A DNA stretch of 64,000 nucleotides from Octopus sinensis (GCF_006345805.1 NC_042997.1:133176001-133240000), one strand, 5' to 3'; shown: positions 39,129-51,994, numbered from the stretch's first letter. Notes: a model not told the origin generated them from the letters alone. Translations and numbers: made by a program.

Positions 39129-39631
39129 ATAGGCGAGGAAAAATAAAAAGGCAGAATGCTAAATAGAAGGTAACTTTTAATAAAAATGAGTGCATGGAAA
39201 ATTTTAGAAAATTAAAAAATATTAACTATAACGGTTTTCATCGCAATGCAAATTTTCAAGAATTGAAAGGTGAAAAGAATTTTTTTTTAAATTGAGGAAG
39301 GGGAAAAAAGAAATTTATAATGATTTTTTCAAAAAAATAATAATAAACATATACAAAAATTTAAAAATAGGTATACCGATACATTGTAAAGTCTTTATGT
39401 TTTTTTTAGTCCAATGATAGTCCTTGGAAAAATTTTCTTGGAGGATTAAGATCCATGTGATTAAACGTCGTGCTTAGTTTAGGGTGTTTGTTAATTGATT
39501 GGCAAAACAGGAAATGGGGTAGGAGTTATCCAGTTCCTGTGAGTAAGGGGAGGCAACTCTGTGGATTTTATGCTCTTCAATTGGGATTATCAATTTTTTG
39601 TCAGATAGGATGTTAGAAAAAAGGAGTATTG

Positions 39632-40777
39632 TCATTGTGGAGTTTGCATATTAAGATGCATTTGGAATTTTTCAATAAAAAGATTCTCCTTGTTAATTCT
39701 TTCTTCTGTAGTGATTCTGTCTTTACATTGGTATAGGGGGAATATGTAAAATTTAGGGAGGCTCGTTTGTCCAACATAATTTTGTTGGCAACCGGCGCAT
39801 GTGAAAACGTAGATGAGGTTCTCGGAGGAACAGGAGAAGTTGGTCTTGATTTTAAACTTTGTTCCTTGTTTGAAAGTAAATTCAGAGCCTTCAAGTAGGA
39901 AGGGGTAGGTACCACAGTTCGGGCGTTCACATTTTTTAACTGATGGGGGTGGATGCGGTGTGTGAAGTTTGGCATTTGTCAAGAGTTTTTTCAAATATTT
40001 ATGTTGCCTTTTACATTTGAGGATTTTATGTGTATTGATAATATTATTCACTTTTAGGTCTGTGGACAGTAAGGTGAGGTTTTGTATGATTGTGGTGTAT
40101 GCTTCGATATTTTGGGGGTTGTGGGTGTAAATGTATGGAAGTATTTTGGGGTTGTGTGTGTTGTTGGGTTGGGTGGTTTTCAGTGTACTATTGTCTAGTT
40201 CTTTGGCACGTTTTATTCCATACGCTATGAGAGTGGAGGGATATTGGCGTTGTAATAGTAGTTTTTTGAGGTCTTGAAGGCGTACTTCTCGAGTTTTTGG
40301 ATCCGAGACAATGGTGCATACCCTTTTAGCTAAGTTGAAAGGGATATTTAACCTGGTATGTTTTGGGTGGCATGAGCTAAAGAGGAGGTATTGTTGTGAG
40401 TCTGTAGGCTTGTGGTAGATGTCTGTTATGATTTGGTTGTTAGGTGTTTTTATGATTAGGAGATCAAGGAAAGGGAGATGTTGTTTGCTGAATTCCATAG
40501 TGAATTGGATGTTGGGATGTATGTTGTTCAGTATGGTTTTGAATTCCAGAAGCTTTTCATAAGATTCTTTCCATATGATGAAACAATCATCCAAGTATCT
40601 TTTCCAGTTTTCCATTAAGTATATGTGGAAAACGTGTCCAAATTTCTGGCGTGATATCACATAGAGTGATAGTTCGAAGAAGCCCATTATGAGGTTCGCA
40701 AGGACTGGTGCAGCCTTGGTACCCACCGCAATACCACATTTTTGACGGTAGTGTGTGTTAAATCTGTTAAACCCCAA
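39632..40777 (-). mobile_element. 5'-truncated Neptune-type Penelope-like element: RT + Cys linker + partially deleted GIY-YIG (381-codon open frame)
   Basis: QKCGIAVGTKAAPVLANL, RYLDD, LPFLD, IYHKPTD...HP, KCERPNC linker, LIYVFTCAGCQQNYVGQTS, then a jump to YIFPLY..ERINKENLFIEKFQMHLN. Confidence 0.92.
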
Positions 40778-40882
40778 CGCTCTTATGATTCAGCCAACCT
40801 GCCGCATTCACCATAATACTTATAATATTGATGAAAGAACCTCTCCGTTGACACTTAATTTGTTCGAAATAACATCTAATTC

Positions 40883-41296
40883 GGATCTTTTCGGTTTGAA
40901 CGGCAGCTTTTTCTAGCGGTGTCATATGAAATTGTCACCCATAATTATGACCCTGTATCGATCTATTGCATTTCAATCTGTTTTAGGGTCAGGGTTAGGG
41001 GTGGGGGGAAGGGTATCTTTTTTTCTTCACAAATGTAAATAAACCCAATCTGTTTCTTAAACGAGGGACATATTCATACGGCCCAGAATGTTTTCACCTC
41101 AATAGACGTCATTGATTGGTTGAAATTGCAGAAATTGAAGAAAAAAACCCAAATATCTTACAAACTATAGAATTGTCTCAATAAAGCCAAGAGAAAAAGA
41201 TGTTTTATAAACACATTCTACCAGTATACGAAGTTTAAAAGTATTTAGTTACGTGGAAATTATTTTAAAAAACTGCCGGTCAAACGGAAAAGATCC
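40883..41296. mobile_element. MITE with about 30-bp TIRs
   Basis: ggatcttttcggtttgaacggcagc ... actgccggtcaaacggaaaagatcc. TSD unclear. Confidence 0.7.
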
Positions 41297-42179
41297 TCTA
41301 AGTCTTCCTCAATTCCCACTATATCGTCTTAAATCCTAGACATAAAGAAAGATGAAATGATCAAGGCTGGAATATTTCTGATCATAGATCGGTTCTTCAA
41401 GAGTTAAACAACAAATACAAGAACAGTCTTGCATATATATCCTAGTTTCTTCTTTTTTCGAAGGTGACCAACACTCTACCACTTCGACATTGACACCATC
41501 TCTTAAAGAACAACACCAGCGGAGGACGAACTTGCAACTGGAGTTTCGACCTGCTTTTACTACGTCTTCTGTCTTTCTTCACCATCGAGGAAATAACGGA
41601 TATGGTAGCATATTATGGATGCATCTGATCGCCATAACGAAAGGTTGTCCATCTGTTTATGGTTCTAGGAAATTTGAGTTCATATCAGTATAATGAAGAG
41701 GATTAGTGCTGAATGACACTGCTTGATAACCAGTGTTAGTTTGTTTTCATCCTTGTATCTCAACGGGTTGGTAAAGCAACCGGTAGTATAAATGCCAGAG
41801 TTAAAAAGTATAATACTCGTATCAGTTTGTTCGACTAAATCCTTCGAGGTGGTGCTCCAGCATGGTCATAGTCCAACGACTGAAATAAAAGAATAGCATC
41901 CTGTTATATTTTGATTTCGCTCCATTATTTTCCAAACATTCAACTGAATCTATGGTACCAATCGGATATTGCCCTTTGCTTATTTTCACTTGTATCAATC
42001 AATATTAGTTACGTAGACGCAAAAAAAACAACAAAAACTGTAAAATTGGCTTTAGTGAAACGTGGAAGTGAAGATTTAATTTTTTCTTTTTTTTTTCTTT
42101 ACATCACTGAAAACTGGGCCTTGGCTTTGTATGCACCACAGTGTACCAAATAGGTGTAAAAAACAAGAGGACAATAACG

Positions 42180-42223
<44 letters not shown>

Positions 42224-42442
42224 TTACAAAGAGAAGCAGGCAGGGGAGATAGATGAAGAGGAGATGAAGGTAGAGTAGGAATAGGAGCGGAAGACGCGGA
42301 ATATGAGGCGAAGGAGGACGCAGAGAAAGAAGAAGAAGAAGAAGAAGAAGAAGAAGAAGAAGAAGAAGAAGAAGAAGAAGAAGAAGAAGAAGAAGAAGAA
42401 GAAGAAGAAGAAGAAGATGAAGAAGAAGATGAAGAAGAAGAA
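42180..42442. repeat. (AGT)n and (GAA)n tracts
   Basis: Direct inspection. Confidence 0.95.
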
Positions 42443-43059
42443 ACTGCAGTGAATGGTTTCAATCCATTCAACCAAAGAGCTTTTTTGCGGGGAAAGGTTT
42501 GGAAAGTAGTGCAATCACAATCATTGAATATGCAAATATGAAAATTAAAAAAAAAGATAGGTAATAAGTAAATAAATTATAATGGGAATACATTATTTTA
42601 TTCTGTATTCTTCAAAGAAACCGATCGAGTGAAATATGAAAAGGAAAATTAGTTGTGACTCAAGAAACGTTATGTGAAAAAGGAAAGTTTATGCACGAAT
42701 GCAAGCAGGAAATGTTAAAACGAAAATTGGTGGAAAATACAAATAGGTAGGTAGAGAATATACGCCTACTTAGAATCCAAGAACAAAGGAAACGTAAATG
42801 ATTTAGAAAACTACTGGGCAAAAACAAAAAAAAAACGAAACAGCAACAACAATAACAATAGGAAAACAATACATACCACTGAGGGAGTTCTCAAGGTAAA
42901 CTAACATGAATGCTACAAAGTAATAGCTCGACCTACTAAAAATTGCAGCCAAATCACCTCTCAATCGCGGCCTGCCGTCTGGGGAAAGAACGACAGTAGG
43001 ACACTTTGTGTAATGTGTTGTATGCGATTGTGTATATATATATATTTTCTCTCCTTTTT

Positions 43060-43242
43060 TCTCTCTCCTTTTTTTTTCTCTCAGTGTTTCTCTCCTTGTT
43101 TTTTCTGTGTCCCTTTCTGTAGAAGAGCGTAGGCTCGAAACGTAAACGACTTTTTCTATTCCTGAGCGTTATACTAATACATCTGTTTTTGTTTTGTACA
43201 CCACATGTCTTCATCTTTTATTTTTTTCGTAAACTCTCCCCC
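43060..43242 (+). mobile_element. Family P1 unit with hammerhead-like motif (CTGTAGA core)
   Basis: 43112-43149: ccttt CTGTAGA a gagc gtag gctc GAAA cgTA aacga. Confidence 0.8.
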
Positions 43243-43704
43243 TATATGTATATATATGTATATATATATATGAAAAGAAAAATAATTAAAGACGGGTTGA
43301 GGACGGCTGGAACGTCTTTTATCATAGATCAGAACTGATCTTGATATATACAAGAAGAGCAAATTCTACATCTCATGTATCGGTACTTTTCTAAAGAACC
43401 ATGTAAATCTCAACAGTGATCTTGTCTTACTTTTCTTGTCAGTCTTTTTTGCTTTGCTTTACTCACGATGAAATTATTCCTGTAAAACATATAAATGGTA
43501 CATCTTATTTCTCTAGTTCTATCAATTTACGTCAAGGTCTACTTAAACGAAGTCAATGGCTTACTGATACTTTTTTTTTCTCTTAAATTAATTCTGTCAA
43601 AAATCAATAAGAAATGTCTTATATATAAACGCACATATAGACATAGCCATGTAACTGTGAAGCAAAGTGAGAAAATGGAAAAGACATTTAAGAGCCACCT
43701 AATA

Positions 43705-44912
43705 TCAGGACATCCTTTAAGTTCTGTCCGATTTACCTTTTTTAAAGTTGAGTGAAATTTAATAATATTTTAGAATGTCTAATGGAATTAAAAATTATTT
43801 TTATGCATTTTCGTACATTTAAACTAATTAAATATTATTTTACAGAATAATAGAATTAAAATGTTTTGATTAAAACCCTTTCTATCATGGAAGTATCCAA
43901 AGAGAATTTGAGGCACATAATGCTTTATGAGTACAAAAAAGGAAACTCTGCAGACGAAGCGATTCGAAACATACACTCAGTTTATGGGAAAAAATACTTG
44001 AATGAAAGAACTTGCAGAAGATGGTTTGCAAAATTCAGAAGTGGAGATTTCAGCCTTGAAGATGAAGATCAAACAGGACGTCCAGTTGAGTTTGAGCTCC
44101 TTGAGGCATTACTTGAAGAAAATCCAATCCTGCATTATCAGCTGAAGAATTGGCAATAAAGCTTTGCTCAAACCATACAACTGTTTATCGTCATCTTCAA
44201 CAGCTGGGAAAGATTCTAACTTGGAAAATAGGAGCTTCATGAGTTGTCCGAAAACAACCGCATATCTCTCCTTTCTCACGAAATCATTTCACCCCTTTTG
44301 GATAGACTTGTGACTGGTGACGAAAAATGGATTTTCTATGTTAAGTGGCTTGGTAAAAAAGAAAAAGCTCAACCACAACCGAGAAGAGAACTTCATGGGA
44401 AAAAGGTTCTTCTCTCTAACTAGTGGGATTGCAAAGGAGTATATTCATTTTATATTGTTACCACCTAATGCAACAATCAATGCTCTAGTCTACCGTCAGC
44501 AATTAGAGCGTTTGAACCAAGCTTTGAAGAAAAACAGCCCGCTTTAGTGAATCGAAAAGGAGTGATGTTTCATCAAGATAATGCGCGACCCACACTGCAA
44601 AGATCACATCACAGAAGATCGAAGAGCTCGGTTGGGAAAAACTTCCTTATCCACCTTATTCTCCCGACCTTACTACTTCAGACTACCATTTGTTTCGTAG
44701 TTTACAGAATCATTTGGGTGGACATAACTTTTCGCAAGCCAGGAGGAGGTCGAAACTGACATTTCAGAGATCTTCGCATTGAAACCAAAATAGTTTTACA
44801 ATGATGGGATTAAAAAGCTTGTAAATAGATGGATGGAAGTCATAGATAATCAGGGAAAGTACATTGATGATTCTTTATTCAAAATTCGGACAAAACTTAT
44901 GGGATGACCTGA
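43705..44912 (+). mobile_element. Full-length decayed mariner (D,D34D-type transposase pseudogene)
   Basis: TIRs TA|tcaggacatcctttaagttctgtccgattt and aaattcggacaaaacttatgggatgacctga|TA. MEVSKENLRHIMLYEYKKG..RRWFAKFRSGDFSLED, VTGDEKWIFY, FHQDNARP, PYSPDL..SDYHLF; frameshifted. Confidence 0.93.
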
Positions 44913-44964
44913 TAGTTCACAATTTCAAAATAGTAGCCCAAATTTAAATCCTGATATATTGATT

Positions 44965-45175
44965 TCAGGTTCCGGTACAAGGCCAGCAATTTCAGGGAAA
45001 GATATAAGTTGGTTACATAGACCCAAGGTGATCAACTGGTACTTATTTTATCGACCGCCAAAAGGGTGAAAGGCAAAGTCAATCTCGGCGGAATATGAAC
45101 TGGGAGCTTGAAGACGGCCAAAATGTCATAAAGCATTTTGCCCGCGAGTTAACGAGTCTGCTAGCTCACTGCCTT
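44965..45175 (-). mobile_element. SINE family B, degraded
   Basis: ggtacttattttatcgacc..aaagggtgaaaggcaaagtc.atctcggcggaat motif. Confidence 0.7.
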
Positions 45176-45284
45176 AACACCTTAGTATATAGTAAATCGT
45201 ATTTATCTCTCAATAGATGGAGTACATATTTTATCTTTCTTTTTCTTTTTTGATCCCGCAAATAGCGAACAGTACAATACATAT

Positions 45285-45328
<44 letters not shown>

Positions 45329-45348
45329 TATATATATATATATTATAT

Positions 45349-45403
<55 letters not shown>

Positions 45404-45429
45404 GAGTGAATGTGTGTGTGTCTGTCTAT

Positions 45430-45760
45430 CTATGGATTCTGCGAGTGACTGTGGCTTTGAACTGGTTGATCAACATCCTTATTTTCCTGATGTAACCTCA
45501 TCTGACTATCTTCTATATTTCCAGCATGATAACGCACTTGGCTGGGAACCAGTATCGCAATAATAATGATGTCATATTTGCTCTTGATGACTTTTTTTAC
45601 CAACAGGTTGAAAGCTGCTTTGGCAATGGGATCCAAGCACTGCAACACCCATGGAAGACGTATGTGGACTGCAAGGGGGACGATGTTGAAAGATGAACCT
45701 CATTTGATCACATTCCATGAACATATTGGGCGGCCTCAGAATTTTTCAGCCAACCCTTGT
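45430..45760 (+). mobile_element. 3' fragment of a second mariner family (irritans-like)
   Basis: GFELVDQHPYFPDVTSSDYLL..HLAGNQYRNNNDVIFALDDF..GIQALQHPWKTYVDCKGDDVE and terminal ttttcagccaaccct. Confidence 0.8.
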
Positions 45761-45769
45761 GTTTGTATG

Positions 45770-45813
<44 letters not shown>

Positions 45814-45902
45814 AATACATCCATGTACACATACGTAGGCACACATCGCACTCACGCATCCGCACACACTCAGTTCTATCTATCTGTCTGTCTGTCTGTC
45901 TG

Positions 45903-45999
<97 letters not shown>

Positions 46000-46261
46000 A
46001 TATGTGCGCGAGTGTGTATTGGAGTATGTGTGTGTGTGTGTTTGTGTGTCATTGCTAACGTTGTACTTGGAAACTGTGAGTAAGGTGTAAGTTTCGAGTA
46101 TTTGTCGGTAACTTTTTGTCTTTTTTTCTCCTCATCTTTTAATTCTAATTACCCAACTTTCTAGGCTCTTCTTACATCTTTCCCACGTTCAAAAGTTATA
46201 CGGGTATTTTAAAAAATTTTCATTCAATAAGTAATTTTTTTACATTACGTATACATTAATT

Positions 46262-46440
46262 AGGCGGCGAGCTGGCAGAAATGCTAAGAGACATTTCGTC
46301 TGTCTTTTTTTTTTACGTACTGAGTTCAAATTCTGCCGAGGTGAACTTTACCTTTCATCTTTTCAGGATCTATAAATTAAGTACCAGTTGCCTACTGGAG
46401 TCGATCTTATCGATTGGTCCTGTGTCAAGAGTAGAGAAGA
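46262..46440 (+). mobile_element. SINE family B, degraded
   Basis: ggcggcgagctggcagaa...gagttcaaattctgccgagg. Confidence 0.75.
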
Positions 46441-46592
46441 TTACGTATACGTTAATAGCGAATTATAATTTAAAAGAGTAAGTGAGAAACTTTGCAAATG
46501 AAAATAGAATATGTGTACATATGTGCATATACAGATTCTATGAACGAAGTTTTACTTTCCCCACGCCTATTTTTTTCATTGCCTTTTTGTTT

Positions 46593-46654
46593 GTCTTAAT
46601 AACTGATGAGCAGACTTCAGCCACGGCATCAGAAACTCTGAGTTTTATTATGAC
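46593..46654 (+). ncRNA. Type I hammerhead-like motif, core intact, stem II poor
   Basis: gtcttaataa CTGATGA gcagacttcagccacggcatca GAAA ctc t gag TT ttattatgac. 10-bp stem I with one mismatch and palindromic stem III. Confidence 0.65.
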
Positions 46655-46753
46655 AGCCAACAAATTATCACATATTATATTTATAGATGAATTCCTCTAT
46701 TTACATAATATCGCGGTCTCCTCCAAATTTTTGTTGTCATATTATTATCATTA

Positions 46754-46802
<49 letters not shown>

Positions 46803-47349
46803 GACAGGCTTCTTTAAGTTTCCATCTACCAAATCCACTCACAAGGCTTTGCTCGGCCTGAGGCTATAGTAGAAAACAAGTATAAATATATATATATATA
46901 TATATATAATATCAACAACTGAGGGTAAAATTAATTAATTAATTAATTAATCAATTAATTATATAATGTAATATTATATATATATATATAATATATATAT
47001 ATATATATGTATGTATGTATGTATGTCATAGTAGAAAAATTCCAATTAATAAATCCGTAAAGTTCAACCTGTTTTTAAAAAACGTAAATATTATATCATA
47101 CAATCAGAGAAAAATCACTTTCTACGGCCGTTTCCAGAGAAGTCCAGTATCTGTTATAGCTTCCATAAATAGAAATAAGATAAAACGTCAATCGAATAAA
47201 GACTCTAATACTAATAACGTACCTAATATAGGCCCAGGTAATAATAACATATCTAGAATAATAAATCTAAGTAAATCTAAATTTAATAATGTTAATCCAT
47301 GTCAACCTTTGGTAGTTACAGTTCCTGATAACCCACCCCCACCCCCAAA

Positions 47350-47930
47350 ATAAAATTCAGCACAGATGATAGATTTGTTGAGCCTATATCTCCTCTCCCA
47401 AATTAAAAGTTCCTTTCCAAATGTATTTGGATGTCTTTATAGGGACAATGCGCTCCTTGCTACCCATGGTCTATCTAAACGGGCAGTAGAAATTTCTTGG
47501 GAAAGTTTTGTGAAATCTTTTCAACCTAAATATTACTTTTGATACTAATTCTAAGGTAGTCAATTTTCTGGACGTCACATTGGGTCTAAATACTGAATTA
47601 TATTACCCATATACTGAATTATACTGCCTAACCAGTCCCTGCAATATATTAACGATTCCTCTAATCATCCTAGGTTAACTATCATCAGCATTATTACAGC
47701 TATTTCCATTAGAATTTCAAATTTATCTGCTAATGAGATCATTAATCAACATTATATAATAACGCCTTGAAATTAAGTGGTGTTAAGAATCAAATTTCTT
47801 ACATACCTAACACTAAACTTTAAAAAAAGTATTAAATATATTTCCTAATTCTAAAGCTATTAATGCAAACCCTGTATTGATAAACATAGGTATAAATAAG
47901 CCATTTGGTAATTATTTAACTTGCTTGAAC
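47350..47930 (+). pseudogene. Decayed Naiad/Chlamys-type Penelope-like RT
   Basis: SAQMIDLLSLYLLSQI..CLYRDNAL..; NITFDTNSKVVNFLDVTL; PNQSLQYINDSSNHP..IRISNLSANE..YNNALKLSG. The YRDD-type motif is characteristic of this clade. Confidence 0.75.
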
Positions 47931-47989
47931 TATATAATCTAAAGATGATATATGATTCCCTTATGCATAACTTGCACTATAACGGGGGG

Positions 47990-49030
47990 GGGGCTCTATA
48001 ATTACGGACCAGGATAAATTATAATCATTTTCGCTTAGTGTGCTTGTGGTAGGGTGAGGGTTGGTGCCTTCAGGGAAAGGGTGGGGCAGTGTGGGTCTAG
48101 CTGAGAGTCGAGTGGATGTGGAATGGGAGTTATCATACACAGATTGTGCCATTTTTTCTCCTCTTTCTGCTCCTCTTTCCTGCTGTTTCCCATCCGTTTT
48201 TGGTTTTCTCTTATTTTCTCCTTCTTCCACTGGTTCTCGCCGGCAGTAGAGGTGCAGTTTCTTCTACATTCTCGGGCGCTTCTTGTACCTTTACGGGCGG
48301 TGGAGGAAATTTCTCTCTAATGTCGCCTTTTTGGCCACCTTTATAACAGCAAGGGATCCTGCCCTCCACTCTAACTCTAAGTACCACTTTGTCGACCGTT
48401 ATGGTCTCCACCATATTTTCTAGGTCCTCCGGAACAGCCTGAATTACTATATCCAGGCTCTGTTATTGCCAATTTTTATGTGCAGTACTGATGGCTTGGA
48501 GGACCACTATCTTCTCCTCGTGACCCAGCAGTATTGCAGCTATTAACTAGGCCACATCTACTTCCGGTGGAATGTCCTCTACCCTTACTCAGGAAGCACG
48601 TCTTCACAGGTGAATGGGCAGTAGTACCACCTCATCGGTCTTTAAGGCGATTACTGTGTTCTGCCTGGCAGTAGCTAACCACACCTCCACTCTCCTGAAG
48701 TAAGAAATTCCCTGCTAGATGGGCTTTAGGGACTTTTCTACTCGGTTCGTTGTCACCATCTCAATTTTTCTTGTTTTAACACTGCAAATTCTGTAGATTA
48801 TTATATTTGCCTTCGTTTTCCTAAATACTTCTTGCCCCTCTCTACGAAGCATATTCTTGTGTTTACCAAATTCCACTACATTCACATTAATTTCTTTCTT
48901 GTGGCTTTTGGCCTCGGACGTAAAATTCATTTTGTCTTCTTTCTTGTCCACATCAGAAATTGCTCTCAGCAATTCTTCCTCGGATGTTGCTAGTTCTGAA
49001 GAACTGAAATTGCCGTATTCCATTTTTCAC
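47990..49030 (-). pseudogene. Decayed LINE ORF1 (L1/Tx1-like, zinc knuckle)
   Basis: VRVEDIPPEV.. and VRVEGRIPCCYKGGQKGDIREK (degenerate CCHC) across stops. Confidence 0.55.
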
Positions 49031-49056
49031 GACAGTGTTACGCCTGTATACACACA

Positions 49057-49106
<50 letters not shown>

Positions 49107-49223
49107 ACACACCATATATATATATATATATATAATATATTTATATATGCATGTATGTGTGTGAGAGTTTTCATGTTGTCTGTGTCTGTGTGCGCGCGAT
49201 CATGTTTGTAGTGTACATTTAAT

Positions 49224-49267
<44 letters not shown>

Positions 49268-49337
49268 TATAATATATATATATATATATTATATATATAT
49301 ATAATATATATATACATATATATATACATAATTAAAC

Positions 49338-49523
49338 GCCATGATAGATCGTTAGCCACTACACACATTTTTTTCTCTCCTTGTTTTTTCTGCGTCCCTT
49401 TCTGTAGAAGAGCGTAGGCTCGAAATGTAAAAGACTTTTTCTATTCCTGAGCGTTATACTAATACATCTGTTTGTTTTGTACACCACCTGTCTTCGTCTT
49501 TTGTTTTTTTCGTAAATTCTCCC
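49338..49523 (+). mobile_element. Family P1 unit with hammerhead-like motif (CTGTAGA core)
   Basis: 49396-49435: cccttt CTGTAGA a gagc gtag gctc GAAA tgTA aaagac. Flanked by (TA)n on both sides. Confidence 0.82.
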
Positions 49524-50159
49524 TATATATATATATGCGTGTGTGTATGTATGTATGTATATCTTGATTCTACTTAGAATGGGCATAAAAGGTACTTTTA
49601 TAAAGAATGAACATAAATGGTTTTAATAATATTTAGGGTTGTTCTGGAGTTAAACGTTAATTAATGTTTTTCTTTTTAATGAATATTAATTTCCACTATT
49701 ATTTATTCACGAAGTCATATTAAACGAATGTTAATACCCGTATATAGCAATTTGTCCTCAATATCATTCAATTATATAAATTTAATGGCCGTTAAAGATT
49801 GTTGCTTAAATATAAGTTCTGATTATTAAGATTTTAATTACATCTTAAATATTGTTTAATTGTCATTTATGTCATTCGATATACCGGCTTTGTCTGCCCT
49901 AGAAAAATCAATATCTAACTTCTTTATATGGAAAATGATGCAGCACTATTTGAAATAGTTACTCTAGATAATTCGGCATGGTGAAGTTTTGATTCTTGTT
50001 TTTGATTGCCACCTCTAAATCTTTTCCATACCAAGGGATTTTTAATTGTGGTTTCTTAAGTGAATTCCTACGCGTTTTATCTTCTTCGAGTTCCACCGTT
50101 GAAAACGATGTGTGTATGTATGTATGTATGTATGTATGTATGTATGTATGTATGTCTTC

Positions 50160-50715
50160 TCTTCCTTCTTTAAATTTAGGCTAAATTTTGACCGGACACC
50201 TATTTGCTGGCAAAGTTGTTTTAACCATCATCATTTACATCTTTTCATAGTCCCAGATATTGTAATCAGTTGTAGCTTATGAATAAAGGATTTACATTTT
50301 CTCCCCAAGATCCCAATTTTAGTCCCACTTTGATCCAGACGGGTTGAAATCATCTTGCTGCATTGATAATAATAGATATGAAGCTGAACGTGTATCTTGG
50401 GTACTGGACTTGCATTTTTCTTATCAATGATCCAGAGATGTCATCTTTCTCTAGTATTTTTCTAACCGCAATGGTGTCCAGAGGACAGCTGATTTCCACA
50501 ACAGAACATATCTTTCCTTTGTGGTCCCACACAACGATATCTGACCGGTTTTGTTTTAATTGGTGGACGTTTTAATTTTCAATTCCACCAATATTCTTTT
50601 GACCCATCGGTCTCAATATGGTCAAATTCGTTTGTAGGTATTTTCTTTTTTGTTATTCTGCTGGAGACTTTTCTAGCCACTATATCATGCCTCAAGGGAA
50701 GATGATATCTGGAAG
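50160..50715 (-). mobile_element. 3' fragment of an R4/Dong-type LINE (REL domain)
   Basis: KEYWWN...PDIVVWDHKGKICSVVEISCPLD...LIRKMQVQYPRYTFSFISIII..; KLQLITISGTMKRCK. Confidence 0.85.
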
Positions 50716-50904
50716 ACATCCACGAAAAAAAACAACAAAAGACGAAGACAGGTGGTGTAGAAAACAAACACATGTATTAGTATAACGCTCGGGAATTGAA
50801 AAAGTCTTTAACGTTTCGAACCTATGCTCCTTCCACAGAAAGAAACTCAGAAAGAAACAAGGAGAGAAAAAAATGTGTGTAATGGCTACCGATCTATCAT
50901 GGCG
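50715..50904 (-). mobile_element. Family P1 unit (CTGTGGA core)
   Basis: Minus 50804-50845: gtttcttt CTGTGGA ag gagc atag gttc GAAA cgTT aaagac. Confidence 0.8.
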
Positions 50905-50932
50905 AATGTATATATATATATATGTATGTATG

Positions 50933-50968
<36 letters not shown>

Positions 50969-51606
50969 TGTATGTATGTACGTATGTATGTATGTATGTA
51001 TGTACGTATGTATGTATATATGTATGTACGCAAACACACACATATATGAGCATATGTATAAATATATATGCGCACATATACATATGCATATGCATATACA
51101 TACAGATATACACGCAACATGTACGTGGAGACACATTCACTCAAACGAATTGTAACCTCCGAGAACATTGACTTCACTGTGTTCTTGTGCTCGTGGCTTT
51201 TAAAATCCATTAATAGAATGTTCAAGTGCGACATTTATTCTGTTAAAATAGTCACGTGTCAACCTATTTTCAGTTTGGTAGGATCGATTGGCTTTCAATA
51301 GTCACAGCCAACAAGTGAACAGTAATCAATAACAGATTCTAATTTCACAATCACTATTCCTCTAACTACACCCTGTAACACACACGCGCGCGCGCGCGCG
51401 CACTAATGCACATACAGACACATACCCTGTTTCTGTGTTATGGTTAAAAGTTTCTGCCTACTTGCTTGTCGCCTTTTCTCTCTGTCCTTCATCTGATCTC
51501 TCTTTTCTTCCCTTTCTTTCAATTTTTCTGTCTTTCAGAATTGCCTTTATACTCTTCACTTCTCCGTTTCTTTCTCTCCCTCTTTGCCTCACCCTCACTA
51601 CCTCTA

Positions 51607-51659
<53 letters not shown>

Positions 51660-51671
51660 CCCTTTCTCTCT

Positions 51672-51732
<61 letters not shown>

Positions 51733-51869
51733 CACTCGATTTTCTTCTCTTCTATTCACACTATATTTCAATTTCATTCTGTTTGTCTGTAAATCGACAT
51801 CTCTCTAGCATTCTCTTTTCTTCACTCTCTTTTCTCTCCTGGCTTTCTCCATCTCTCCCTCCTTCCGTC

Positions 51870-51927
<58 letters not shown>

Positions 51928-51958
51928 AATCAATCAATCTATCTATCTATCTATCTAC

Positions 51959-51993
<35 letters not shown>

Positions 51994-51994
51994 C

